A stretch of DNA of 64,000 nucleotides from Bryobacterales bacterium. GTDB lineage: Bacteria > Acidobacteriota > Terriglobia > Bryobacterales > UBA6623. The notes beneath the pieces were generated by a model. The model saw only the letters and a program-made list of their open reading frames with translations. It was not told the origin of the DNA and ran no database searches. The position numbers and the translations under genes were made by a program. Below are positions 19,598 to 29,656 of this stretch, one piece after another; position 1 is the stretch's first letter; each line of letters starts with the position of its first letter. Location of the stretch: positions 3,392,001 through 3,456,000 of the forward strand of contig OY729428.2 in the NCBI GenBank assembly GCA_963422375.2, written 5' to 3'.

Positions 19598-20529
19598 GGC
19601 GTTTCCCCGCCCCGTCCGGAGGGCGGGCCGTCGATGCGCTCCTGCAGGTCACCCAGCTCGAGCAGCAGCTCCTGCAGGGCGTCCAAGTATTCCTCGCGAG
19701 GCATGCTGTCCTTGCGGACGGTCAGATCGGCAACGCGCCGCTCCAGCTGCTCCCGCTGGAGCAGGAGCGGTCGCTTCGCCGGGTCGCCGGCCAGCTCGGC
19801 CGCCCCGCCGAGGCGGGCCAGCAGGAACGCCTCGGGCCGATCGCCCTGAATCTGCGGATGCTCCGTGGCCAGGCGCTTGCTGTCGGCGTAGTGCGACTTG
19901 ACCTTGCTCTCGGCGTAGCGGAAGGCCTCGAGCGCCGAGACGGTCTCGTTCTTGTCGGTGTCGGCCGCCGGGTCGCCGAACGACTCGGCCCAGTAGTCGC
20001 CGAACACGGTTGCGTTCCTCTCGCGGCCGTTCTTGGTCGCGGTGACGACGACCCGCCGGGGCGACTTCAGCGTCGCGAGGGCGCCGCCGCTGGAACTCGT
20101 GCAGCTGACCACCAGCTGCCGCCCCGCTGGCACGCCGTCGAGCCATGTCCTGAGCTGACGAGCGCTGACGTCGGCGCCCGGCACGTTGAACTTGTAGTCG
20201 CGGCCGTCATGCGAGCCGTGGCCGACCAGGAACACCGCTAGAGCGTCTCCGGGCGTCACGGCCCGCGCCAAGTCTCCGAAGGCCGCCTCGATACGGGCGG
20301 AGGTCGCCTCCGCGCCGGCAAGCACCCGCACCAGCGAGTCGTCTCCGGCAACGCGACGCAGGGCGGGCAGCATCTCCGTCACCTGCTTGCGGAAGCGCTC
20401 GGCGTATTGCTGCGTCCCGCCGAGGCCTTCCACGATCATGTAGTGCGTCGCCGGGATGGCCGGCGGGGCCGTCGCCGCGGCCCAGGCGAGCAGCGCCGCG
20501 AGCGCGACGCGAGATCCGAGCGAACTCAT
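19594..20529 (-). CDS. Secreted hypothetical protein with caspase/legumain-like fold features
   Basis: ATG 20529 overlaps the upstream stop; signal peptide; 'AVFLVGHGS', 'VVSCTSSSG', 'VVVTAT', 'ADTDKNETVSALEAF'. Confidence 0.75.
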   Translation of the reverse strand: MSSLGSRVALAALLAWAAATAPPAIPATHYMIVEGLGGTQQYAERFRKQVTEMLPALRRVAGDDSLVRVLAGAEATSARIEAAFGDLARAVTPGDALAVFLVGHGSHDGRDYKFNVPGADVSARQLRTWLDGVPAGRQLVVSCTSSSGGALATLKSPRRVVVTATKNGRERNATVFGDYWAESFGDPAADTDKNETVSALEAFRYAESKVKSHYADSKRLATEHPQIQGDRPEAFLLARLGGAAELAGDPAKRPLLLQREQLERRVADLTVRKDSMPREEYLDALQELLLELGDLQERIDGPPSGRGGETP

Positions 20530-22778
20530 ACGACACCCCGCCGCCTGCGCAGCAGCCATTCCGCTCCGCGCAGCATGACGAGCAGGAAGAACAGGGCGGG
20601 CATGTCCCACAGGTCGAGGATCTCGCGAGCCGTGATGCCGGCCTCCGAGAAGCGGATCTCCTGCGGCAGCCCCTCCAGCTCGTCCAGTTCCCAGTATCGG
20701 CCGCCCGTCTGGCTCGCAAGCCTCGACAGCAGGCCGGCATTGCGCTCCGGGCGGAAGTACTCGGCCACCCCGCCCTCCCGGCGCACGTGCAGCGAGTCGG
20801 CGCCGAGGCGCTCGTCGCCAAGATGCGCCACGGCCTCCATGCGGTACACGCCGAAGCCCGGGGCGTCCACCTCGGCCTCGTACAGGCCCGGCTCGCCGGC
20901 GGACGGGCGCAAATCCAGCGTGACGGGGGGGCCCTCTTCCGGCGTCACCACGGCCGAGACCCGCGCGTTCGCGGCATGGGTGTAGGTCCTGTCGCGCACC
21001 TCCGCGCGCAGCTGCACGCGGGACTCGTCGGCGTAGCTGGAGCGATCGCTGGACAGGCGCACCGTGCCCGCAGTGTTGGCCACCAGGCTGCGCAGCAGCT
21101 GCCGCCAGAAGATATCGTGGCGCTCGTCATCGCTGGGCAGCCCCATCCGCCAGCGCCAGCTCCCGCCGCTGGCGAAGATGGCGGCCCGCCCGCGTCCGTA
21201 GTTGTGGCGCACCAGCAGCGGCAGGCTGTCGCGGCCGCGACGCAGGTTCAGCAGCGTGACCGCCGCGGGCTTGAGGTCCCCCAGCTCCTGGAAATCGGCC
21301 ACTTGGGGCATCTCCTGCCAGAGCTCGGCGTTCCTGGCCGGGTCCGGATCCAGCCGGCAGACCAGCGCGTCGCGCCCTTGGGGCGCGAGCTCGACGCTCG
21401 CCCGCTCGCGCACGAACGAAGTCTCGCCGGGCGCGAGCGCGGCGGGCAGCACGTCCACGATCTCGGAATGCTGCCAGCCGCCCGAGCCGAGGCCGTTGGG
21501 GCCGGCCACCATCATCAGCGACCCGCCCCGGCGGCTGACGAACTCGCGGATCGCGACCTGCTGCTTGGGCGTGAAGAAGGCCGCCTCGAAGCTCCCAACG
21601 ATCAGGGCGTCGTAGGCGAACAGTTCCTCCTCCTCGGACGGGAAGCCGTTCTCGAGCTCGTCCGGCGTGTCCACTCCTTGGCGATAGAACTTGTTGGTGG
21701 AGGTCCGCAGCATCGTCACCAGCTGCACGCTGGCGTCCTTGTGCACGGCCCGTCGCATGAACTTGTACTGCCAGCGCGGCTCGCCCTCGGCGTAGAGGAT
21801 CCGGCGGCGGCGGCGCGGCACGTCCAGCACCCGGCGGCGGGCGTTGTTGCGGTCGAATTCCTCGCCCTCGACTGGCTCGACAGCGAAGACCAGGTCCCGA
21901 ACGCCGGGGTCGCCCGCGCCGAAGTCGATCCACTCGCGGCGCACGGTCTCCCCCGGGCGCAGCGTGACGGGCTTGCTGACGAGGACGCTGGAGCCGTCGC
22001 GCACCGTGATTCGCGTGGCGGTCTCGGACTGGCCGTCGTGCCGCAGAGTCAGCTGCGCGCTGACCCGCGAGCGAGGCAGGGCCTTCGCCGCGACCGTCAC
22101 GTCCGACAGCTCGATGTCCCCGCCGATCCGCTCACGGCCCACGCCGATGGTGTGGACGGGAACGCCGTACTTGCGTATCTCGGCCATCGCGTCCCGTCCG
22201 AACCGCCCGGAATTGTCGGCGCCGTCGCTGGCCACGAGCACCGCGCCGAGCGGCACCGCCGTCGACTCGCGGAGCACGCCGAGCAGGGACTCGCCCAGAG
22301 CGCTGCTGTCTCCCGGAGCGGGGAGGCTCTCGGCCCCGAGCGACGGCAAGCGTTCGGGGCCGTCGGAGAACCCGAACAGGCGCACGCTGAATTTCTCCCC
22401 GAGCGCCGGCAGGACGCGCTCGGCCAGCGCGCTCGCGGCCTGCTCGAGACGGGAGACGCCGCCCTCGCCGAACGACATGCTGCGGGAGGTGTCGACCAGC
22501 ACCGCGACAGCGTTCTGGCGGTTCTTCAGGGACTGGACGGCCAGAGCCGGCTGCCACAGCAGGACCAGGACGAGGGCCGCCGAAAGGGCCTGCAGGGTCC
22601 AGACCGCACACAGGGCGAGCCCCTGCAGGCGGCTGCGGACGCGCCGGGCATGCCAGGCCAGGCCGGCCGCGGCGAGCGCCGAGAGGAGGGCCAGGAGCCA
22701 CGCCGGCCAGCCGGTGGCGAACAGGAACTCGCCCTTCTGATAGGCGGCCAGCGGGTACTTGAACAGGAACTCGAACAC
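20526..22778 (-). CDS. Membrane protein with vWA and glutamine-amidotransferase-like (DUF1355-type) domains
   Basis: N-terminal TMs, MIDAS VDTSRSM, 'SDGADN', 'VHTIGVG', 'EGEPRWQYKF', 'WRWRM', C-terminal 'EWLLRRRRG'. Confidence 0.85.
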   Translation of the reverse strand: MFEFLFKYPLAAYQKGEFLFATGWPAWLLALLSALAAAGLAWHARRVRSRLQGLALCAVWTLQALSAALVLVLLWQPALAVQSLKNRQNAVAVLVDTSRSMSFGEGGVSRLEQAASALAERVLPALGEKFSVRLFGFSDGPERLPSLGAESLPAPGDSSALGESLLGVLRESTAVPLGAVLVASDGADNSGRFGRDAMAEIRKYGVPVHTIGVGRERIGGDIELSDVTVAAKALPRSRVSAQLTLRHDGQSETATRITVRDGSSVLVSKPVTLRPGETVRREWIDFGAGDPGVRDLVFAVEPVEGEEFDRNNARRRVLDVPRRRRRILYAEGEPRWQYKFMRRAVHKDASVQLVTMLRTSTNKFYRQGVDTPDELENGFPSEEEELFAYDALIVGSFEAAFFTPKQQVAIREFVSRRGGSLMMVAGPNGLGSGGWQHSEIVDVLPAALAPGETSFVRERASVELAPQGRDALVCRLDPDPARNAELWQEMPQVADFQELGDLKPAAVTLLNLRRGRDSLPLLVRHNYGRGRAAIFASGGSWRWRMGLPSDDERHDIFWRQLLRSLVANTAGTVRLSSDRSSYADESRVQLRAEVRDRTYTHAANARVSAVVTPEEGPPVTLDLRPSAGEPGLYEAEVDAPGFGVYRMEAVAHLGDERLGADSLHVRREGGVAEYFRPERNAGLLSRLASQTGGRYWELDELEGLPQEIRFSEAGITAREILDLWDMPALFFLLVMLRGAEWLLRRRRGVV

Positions 22779-22787
22779 CGCGGGCCC

Positions 22788-23603
22788 CTAGTGCGTCATC
22801 GCGTAGATCACGTAGTTGATGGCGAAGCGATAGGCCAGCGCTGTCATGTTTTCCGGGTACTCGGGCCAGTCGGCATGCTCCCAAGCGTCGCCCAGGTCCA
22901 TGTTGAAGTTGATCGCGACCATCAGCCGGCCCTCGTCGTCGTAGATCCCGCGCCAGTGCGGAGTGTAGCCGCCCTTCTCGTGGGTCGTGCCCGACCACAC
23001 GTACTGAATCCCGGGCACCTGCGTGCGCCGGTCCAAGTCGTACAGCGTGTGGAGGATCGGGTCGTCCTCGGGAACTTCGGTGACCGACCGGTCCGGGAAG
23101 ACGCGCTGCAGGCTGGACATGAACGAGGCCCACTCGTAGGGCCCGTGGAAGTCGTCGACCATCAGGAAGCCGCCCCGCAGGAGGTATTCGCGCAGCCGGG
23201 CCGCCTCGTGTTCCTCCAGGTGCCAGCGGCCTACCTCGACGGCGTAGACCCACGGGTAGTCGAAGAGCTTCTCGTCCATCGGGTCGAAGAACCTGCCGCC
23301 GTAGGCTGTGTCGATGACCGTCAGGCGCTGGATGCCGTTGGTCAGGTGGTACTCCGCGTCCGGCCAGTCGGTGCGCCAGCCCCCGCGCCGCCTGCCCCAG
23401 CCCCCGCCGCCTCCTCCGGAACCGTAGGCGTAGCGGACGAACTGGAACTCCGCCCGGGCGTCAGGGTCGAAGTCCCAGGCGCGCGGATCCCCGTCACGGC
23501 GCCCGCCCCAGAACTGCAGCGCGGTCAGAACCGGCACCGCGCCCAGCAGGAGCAGCCCGATCGCCGGACCCGATCTGCGAACCCTCCCCAACGTCATGCG
23601 CAT
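22788..23603 (-). CDS. DUF4159 domain protein
   Basis: 'WRTDWPDAE', 'LREYLLRGGFLMVDDFHG', 'NMDLGDAWE', 'INYVIYAMTH'. Confidence 0.9.
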   Translation of the reverse strand: MRMTLGRVRRSGPAIGLLLLGAVPVLTALQFWGGRRDGDPRAWDFDPDARAEFQFVRYAYGSGGGGGGWGRRRGGWRTDWPDAEYHLTNGIQRLTVIDTAYGGRFFDPMDEKLFDYPWVYAVEVGRWHLEEHEAARLREYLLRGGFLMVDDFHGPYEWASFMSSLQRVFPDRSVTEVPEDDPILHTLYDLDRRTQVPGIQYVWSGTTHEKGGYTPHWRGIYDDEGRLMVAINFNMDLGDAWEHADWPEYPENMTALAYRFAINYVIYAMTH

Positions 23604-23724
23604 CCCCCGATGCGACCGTGCATGAATGTAGCACACGGGCTCGGCCCCGCTGCCGGGAACGCAAGCCGTCCGTGACCGCGTCCGGCGCGGGCGGTGCTCG
23701 GACGTCGGGCCGGTCTCAAGCCGC

Positions 23725-26007
23725 CTAGAACCGGAACGTGTACTGCAGCTTCGTCGCCAGGCGCGAGTCCTGCTGGCGGAAGTCGTAGAATCCGCCGGGC
23801 TCCTGGATCCAGCCCTGCCCGAAGATGAAAAACACGTCGTTGCCCGGCTCGAGCGTCCAGCGCACGCGGCTCTGCAGCCCGAGGTTCCCGGACCGGTTGT
23901 CGAACTGGATCAGATTGGAGAACGACAGGAAGGGAGACACCGCGTAGTTGACCTGCGTGCTGAAGATCCTCGCGACGAAGTTGCCCTGGGGCAGCTGAGC
24001 GAACGTCTGGTTGGAATTCAGGCGGATCGAGAACTTCGGAGGCAGCTGGTAGCGCAGGCCGGCCTGGACTGTCTTCGCCGTCCCGGACCAGAAGCTCCCG
24101 AACGTGAGGCCGAAGCTCCCTTGCAGCTTCCGCTTCTGGGCCGAGGTGAAGAAGATGCGCATCGGAGTGAAGCGGTACTCGCCCGGCGGCAGGACCACGC
24201 CCGGAGCGATCTCGAACGGCTCGAACAGGCGCTCGTACGTGGGGTTCAGATCGAACAGGCTATGCAGGGAATCGCCGGAAGTCAGATGCCAGTCGACGAG
24301 GGTGAAATACAGCTTCCAAGTCTCGACGAGCCCGTTGTCGAGGCGCGTGAAGCGGGTGTAGAAGACGTCGTGGAACATCTGCTGGATGCCCGAGGACGGA
24401 TTCGGGCGCGGGTTGAAGCTGCCGCCCAGCCGCAGCATCCGCACGTTCGAGCGCTGCACGAAGCCGAGCGCAGGATCGAAGTTCTCCTGAATCTCGCGCC
24501 ACATCGCCTGGCCCTGGAACCTGTCGTTGTTGTAGTGGGCTCCGAAGCCGTAGGACGCGTTCTTGTCGCTGATCCCCTCCCTGTTGGTCTTCAGCCCCCA
24601 TGCGTTGAAGACCACGTTCCGGTTCGTGCCTAGGAAGTTCGACGTGGCCAAGCGCAAGTCCGCGCCGAGAGTGCTGCCGACGACGGTCGGCGCCGGATTG
24701 CCCGGCGCGCCGATCGCCGTCCGTCGCGCGGGATCCCCGCCGGTGAAGATCGCGCCGACGTAGGACTGCTCGAGGAAGTTCTGGCGGACCCGTCCGACCA
24801 GCAGGTTCTTGGGACCGACGCCCGCGCCGTCCCGGGTCCGCACGTTGAGCATGCCGATCTCCGTGCGACCGGCCTTGCCCGTCAGCTTGACGCCGTAGTC
24901 GATCGGCACTTCCTGACCGCGCAGCAGGCCGATGCGGCGGCTGAAGAACGGAAAGATCTCGGCCCCCGTGCTGGGAATCCCGCCCGGCTGGTCGATGCCC
25001 GTGGTAGCGAAGTTGAACACTCCGGCGTCCTGCAGGAAGAAGGACCGCTTCTCCGGAAAGAAGATGGAGAAGCGCGTCAGGTTGATCTGGCGGTCGTCTA
25101 CCTCGGTCTCGCCGAAGTCCGTGTTGAAGGTGGTGGAGAGCCTGAGGCTCGGGGTCAGGTTGTAGAACAGGTCCAAGCCGGGCTTGCCGCGGATGACGTG
25201 GTTGCCACCGGGACCGGAATGAATCCAGCGCTGCGCGACGAACGGGCGGACGTCGAGGCCGACACCCTGCTCGAGACCCTCGAGATTGGTGATCTCCCCG
25301 GCCTCGGACACCTGAAAGAACTGCGTCTGGAACCGCGCGCCGGTCCACCGGACCTCCTCGAGCTTGCGCTGGATGATCCGGCTGATATTGAATCCCCACA
25401 CGGTCTGGCCGGAAGGAAAGCTCAGGCTCTTGAACGGAATCGAGAACTCGGCGCTCCAGCCCTCGTCCGACCGCCTCGTCTTGACGATCCAAATGGCATC
25501 CCAGTCTTCGTTGGTCTCGCCGTTGGCGAAGACCAGTCCGTCGACGAGGGCGCCGTTCGGGTTGGTGGAGAAGTAGAATGCGTTGCTCTGGTCGCGAAAC
25601 GTGTCCAGGATGATGCTCAGCCGGTCGTCCGGCGTGAGGGTCGCGTCGCGCGCCATCTGCGACGCCAGGACGCGGCGCGGCTCGGAGTCGTAGCACATCA
25701 CCCCGATATAGAGGTTCTGCTTGTCGTGCAGCAGCGTCACCTCGGTCCGCTCCGTAGGTTCCGCACCGGCCCGCGGAATGCGCTGCACCAGCTCGCCGAG
25801 CTTCGGCGACCGACGCCACGGCGCCTCGTCGAGCGCTCCGTCGACGACGATTTCCGCCGTGATCTCCGTCACGACCGCCGAGCGCGCCGGGACGGCAGTT
25901 CCGGTCTGCTGCGGAGCGCCGGGGCACCAGACGGGCACGGCGAGCACCAGGCATAGGAAGACGGCCGCGCTCGAGAGGATGGATTGCCGGCCTGCGAAGG
26001 CAGGCAT
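23725..26007 (-). CDS. CBM9-like sugar-binding domain + DUF5916 outer-membrane protein
   Basis: 'VDGALDEAPW', 'GWSAEFSIPFKSL', 'NTDFGETEVDDRQINLTRFSIFFPEKRSFF', C-terminal YTFRF beta-barrel signature. Start set at ATG 26007. Confidence 0.85.
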   Translation of the reverse strand: MPAFAGRQSILSSAAVFLCLVLAVPVWCPGAPQQTGTAVPARSAVVTEITAEIVVDGALDEAPWRRSPKLGELVQRIPRAGAEPTERTEVTLLHDKQNLYIGVMCYDSEPRRVLASQMARDATLTPDDRLSIILDTFRDQSNAFYFSTNPNGALVDGLVFANGETNEDWDAIWIVKTRRSDEGWSAEFSIPFKSLSFPSGQTVWGFNISRIIQRKLEEVRWTGARFQTQFFQVSEAGEITNLEGLEQGVGLDVRPFVAQRWIHSGPGGNHVIRGKPGLDLFYNLTPSLRLSTTFNTDFGETEVDDRQINLTRFSIFFPEKRSFFLQDAGVFNFATTGIDQPGGIPSTGAEIFPFFSRRIGLLRGQEVPIDYGVKLTGKAGRTEIGMLNVRTRDGAGVGPKNLLVGRVRQNFLEQSYVGAIFTGGDPARRTAIGAPGNPAPTVVGSTLGADLRLATSNFLGTNRNVVFNAWGLKTNREGISDKNASYGFGAHYNNDRFQGQAMWREIQENFDPALGFVQRSNVRMLRLGGSFNPRPNPSSGIQQMFHDVFYTRFTRLDNGLVETWKLYFTLVDWHLTSGDSLHSLFDLNPTYERLFEPFEIAPGVVLPPGEYRFTPMRIFFTSAQKRKLQGSFGLTFGSFWSGTAKTVQAGLRYQLPPKFSIRLNSNQTFAQLPQGNFVARIFSTQVNYAVSPFLSFSNLIQFDNRSGNLGLQSRVRWTLEPGNDVFFIFGQGWIQEPGGFYDFRQQDSRLATKLQYTFRF

Positions 26008-26441
26008 GTGCCGCGCGCCGCCCTCGCCGGGCCGAAACCGCTCGGCGACGATCCGGACCAAAGTCATCCGCGGCCTTGCGATGGGGTGCTGGGCCGGCGA
26101 ACGCGGATCCTCGCGATGACGGCTGCCGCGCGCCCGTACCCCGAACAGGCGTCGCAGAGGCATTCCGCAGGGCGGACTAGCGAGATGCGGACCCCGCCAT
26201 ATTGTCCCATGCTTCGGCCGAGGGCACGTTCTGCGCGCACCCGAGCGGGGCGACGACACTCCGCGACCGGGTTCAGCCGGTCTCTGGACGGCATCGGGGA
26301 ACAGGCGCATGCCAACCGCCATTAGAAGCGGGCCGGACGCAGGGCCCTGCATGCAGGAGCGGCCGTCCGCCGGCTCAAGCGCCGGCGCAGGAAGGCGCAG
26401 CGCCAGTTTCCCGAAGTTTCAGCCGGAAAAGCGCGCGCGCC

Positions 26442-27491
26442 CTACGGCATGACCCTGACGTACTTCTGCAGGACGCGCCGAAACGGTTCGCCGGCGTACA
26501 GGTTGCCTTCGTCGTCGGCGGCGACGAATTCGGCCCCGCTGCCCCTCGTTTCGCGGGGGTCTGCCCAAGGGAACCGTACGAAGTAGCGCACCCAGCCCTT
26601 CTCGGCGTCTCCGATCCGGAGTCCCATCTCCCAGCCGGGATTCTGGACGTCGTCCGATTCCGAATCTGCCACGTAGATGTTGTCGTCTCCGTCGAAGTAG
26701 ATTCCGCTCGGACGGCCGAACTGCGTCCACGTCGCCAGATGCTCCCCCTCCTGATCGAAGATCTGGATCCGGTTGTTCTCCCGGTCGGCCACGAACAGGC
26801 GGCCCCGCGAATCGATCGCGAGGGCGTGCAGCACGTGGAACTCTCCGGGACCGTAGCCGGTCCTGCCCCAGGTCTTGACGAACGTGCCGTCGCTCGAGAA
26901 CTTCACGATGCGGTTGTTTCCGTTCGGGTAGTGGCCGTCGGCGACGAAGATCGAGCCGTCATCCGCGACGACGACGTCCGCGGGCGAGCTGAAATGGCTC
27001 GGGCCGTCGCCGGGAACCCCGGGCGTCCCGAGTGTCATCAGCACCTCCCCGGTCGGGCTGAATTTGATCACGCGATGGCCGCGGTCCCCCTCGGGGACTC
27101 GGGAAGGGTTCGCCGCATCGGTCACCCAAACGTTGCCGTCTGGGTCCACGTCAATACCGTGCGGCCAGATGAACATTCCGCCGCCGAAGCTCTCCACCGT
27201 CCGGCCGGTCTTCAGGTCGAACTTCAGCACCGCGTCCAGCTCCGAGTCGAGACACTCGTAACCGAACTTGTCGGGCCCGGCGTCGCAGCGGATGACCGCC
27301 CAGACGTGCTTGCCGTCCGGGTCGATGACAACGCCGCCGACAGCCCCCGGATTGCGTCCGTCCGGCAGCTTCGCCCAACCCTCAACCATCCGGTAGGGAT
27401 TCGGATAGGGCTGCGCGAATGCCGCCAGGCAAGCGGCGAGCGTGGCGGACGCCAGCGCCAGGGGCAATGGGAATCGATTCGCTCTCAGCAT
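26442..27491 (-). CDS. NHL-repeat protein (peptidyl-alpha-hydroxyglycine alpha-amidating lyase-like)
   Basis: Signal peptide; repeats 'WPHGIDVDPDGNVWVTD', 'IFVADGH', 'LFVADRENNRIQIFD', 'IYVADS'. Confidence 0.88.
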   Translation of the reverse strand: MLRANRFPLPLALASATLAACLAAFAQPYPNPYRMVEGWAKLPDGRNPGAVGGVVIDPDGKHVWAVIRCDAGPDKFGYECLDSELDAVLKFDLKTGRTVESFGGGMFIWPHGIDVDPDGNVWVTDAANPSRVPEGDRGHRVIKFSPTGEVLMTLGTPGVPGDGPSHFSSPADVVVADDGSIFVADGHYPNGNNRIVKFSSDGTFVKTWGRTGYGPGEFHVLHALAIDSRGRLFVADRENNRIQIFDQEGEHLATWTQFGRPSGIYFDGDDNIYVADSESDDVQNPGWEMGLRIGDAEKGWVRYFVRFPWADPRETRGSGAEFVAADDEGNLYAGEPFRRVLQKYVRVMP

Positions 27492-28083
27492 GAATACACC
27501 TCGCTCGAACTAGGATCACGCACCCGGGCCGGTCGCCGCGACCCCGCCACGGTGGCGCGCCCGCGCCCGGTTCCAGACGTGGCTAGAAGCATCCGGACCC
27601 GTGCCCGAACCACTTGGCGTCGAGCTCGACTTCCTTGCCGGCGGCTTCCGCGGAACTGCGCCTGTCCGATAACGCCGAGGCGATGCGGGACATCCTATGC
27701 TACCGGCGGTCATCGTACCGCAACCGGAACGCCGACGAGTAGGCCGCCCTCAGGCCGAGAGCGCCGACACCGAGCCGGCGGCTGCGGCCGACGGACAGCG
27801 TCCCGCGACGGGCCGCTCACAGCATCCAACCGGGCCACCGCTGGGCTGCCGGCGGCGAGGGCCTCCCGCGCACCGGGGCTCGGCCACATGCATCGGCGCA
27901 ATCATCGGTCGCGGATGTCCCGCTCCACGAACGCACTCCAACACACGGCCCGCGAAGCCAAGGCTTGCACGCCGGGATGAACGGCGGGGCCTCCCGCAGC
28001 GCTCGGAGAGCGCACTGCCGCGATGCCGCCGCACCGGAGCGGCGCGACGCGGTCGCGCCCGGAGGGCGGGGCCGCAGAGCATC

Positions 28084-29532
28084 CTAGTTCGGCATCGAGA
28101 AACGCAGCTGCTCCCGCTGCTCGGGCTTGCGCAGGGCTTCCAGCGCCCGGATCTCGATCTGGCGGATGCGCTCTCTGGTCAGGCCGTACATCCTCCCGAT
28201 CTCGTGGAGCGTGTGCTCGCGGTCGCAGCCGATCCCGAACCGCAGTTGCAGGACATCCCGCTCGATGCCGGAAAGGTCCCCGAGCACATCGGAGGTCGAC
28301 CGCTCGAGGTTGCCCCTGATCAGGAGGTCCTCGGGAGACAGCGCCTTCGGATCCTCGATCAGATCTTCGAGGACGGAATCGCCGTCCGGCCCGACCCGCG
28401 TGTCCAGCGAAACCGGCGTCATCGAGATCAGGCGCAGCAGCTCGACCCGATCCCGCTCGATCTCGAGGAAGTCGGCCAGCTGCTCGTTCGTCGGAGGGTA
28501 GCCCTTGTCCTTCTCGAGCATGCGCAGTGCCCGGTTGAACTTGTTGAGCTGCTCGTTCATATGCACCGGGATGCGCACCGTGCGCGACTGGTCCGCCAGC
28601 GACCGCATGATCGCCTGGCGGATCCACCACGTGGCGTAGGTCGAGAACTTGAAGCCGAGGCGGTAGTCGAACTTCTCCACCGCCCGCGACAGCCCGATGT
28701 TGCCCTCCTGGATCAGGTCTAGCAGGTGCAGGCCGCGGTTGACGAACTTCTTGGCCACCGACACCACGAGACGCAGGTTGGCCTCGACCAAGGCGTTCTT
28801 TGCCGCTTCCGCTTCGTCCCTAGCGCGCTCGAGCCGCACCAGCTGCCTCCGGGCCTCGGCCTCCTCCAACGGCAGCCACTCCACGCCGACCCGGTCCGGC
28901 GCGGCCAGGCGCTTGGCCTCCCGCGCGAAGCGGGCCGCGTACAACCGCCACACGTCGCCGTCCAAGGGCAGCCGGCGGATCGCGCGAGAGACCGCCACGA
29001 CCTGGCGCTGGTAGGCCCAGCGGCGCGCGGAGCACTCGCGCAGGTTCAGCGGGCCCGCTTCGTCGAGGCGGGCCTTGGCCTCGGCGGCGAGCCCCAGGCC
29101 GGTCTCGATGCGGCCGAGCCTCTGCCGCAGGCCGCGGGTCGCCTGCGCGACCGTAGCGGAGTCCGCGCTGGCAACGCCGGCGATCAGCTGGCGCGCACGC
29201 CGCGGGCTGGCCTTGAGCTGCGCCTTCAGGGCGAGCAGCTCGTGCCACAGCCAAGAGCTTCGCGACAGGATCCCGGCCACGCGGTCCTCCGCCCGCTTCA
29301 GATCCTTCGCCAAGCGCACCTCGCCCTCCTTGTCGAGCAGAGGCACGGTTCCGATCTCGGACAGGTACAGCCTCACGCTGTCCTCGGGAGGCGAGGCCTC
29401 CAGCCTCTCCTCCGCGGCCGGGTCGAATCCCGGCGACCTGGCGGCGCCGCCCGCACGGAGCGTCCCGCGCCGCACCTCGGCGGCCGATCGATCCGTCACT
29501 CGCTGCAACATCGCAAGATCCTCCCTTCCCAT
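28084..29532 (-). CDS. Sigma-70 family RNA polymerase sigma factor (RpoD paralog lacking region 1.1)
   Basis: Region 1.2 '[11 protein letters not shown]', region 2 '[12 protein letters not shown]...[10 protein letters not shown]...[14 protein letters not shown]', region 4 '[18 protein letters not shown]'. Confidence 0.92.
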   Translation of the reverse strand: MGREDLAMLQRVTDRSAAEVRRGTLRAGGAARSPGFDPAAEERLEASPPEDSVRLYLSEIGTVPLLDKEGEVRLAKDLKRAEDRVAGILSRSSWLWHELLALKAQLKASPRRARQLIAGVASADSATVAQATRGLRQRLGRIETGLGLAAEAKARLDEAGPLNLRECSARRWAYQRQVVAVSRAIRRLPLDGDVWRLYAARFAREAKRLAAPDRVGVEWLPLEEAEARRQLVRLERARDEAEAAKNALVEANLRLVVSVAKKFVNRGLHLLDLIQEGNIGLSRAVEKFDYRLGFKFSTYATWWIRQAIMRSLADQSRTVRIPVHMNEQLNKFNRALRMLEKDKGYPPTNEQLADFLEIERDRVELLRLISMTPVSLDTRVGPDGDSVLEDLIEDPKALSPEDLLIRGNLERSTSDVLGDLSGIERDVLQLRFGIGCDREHTLHEIGRMYGLTRERIRQIEIRALEALRKPEQREQLRFSMPN

Positions 29533-29656
29533 TAGCCTTGGACGCGCGGGGTGACCGCTTCGTTGCGGGATGCATTACAAAGTTTTACAAACTGGCCCGC
29601 CGGCGACCACGAGAGCCCCGAGGCTGCCGGGAGCACTGCCGTATAATGGGAGTTAG

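Noticed and set aside
27492..28083. Gene or RNA in the 590-bp gap between the NHL and sigma genes
   Set aside because: Only short fragmentary frames and generic GC-rich pairing; nothing I can support.
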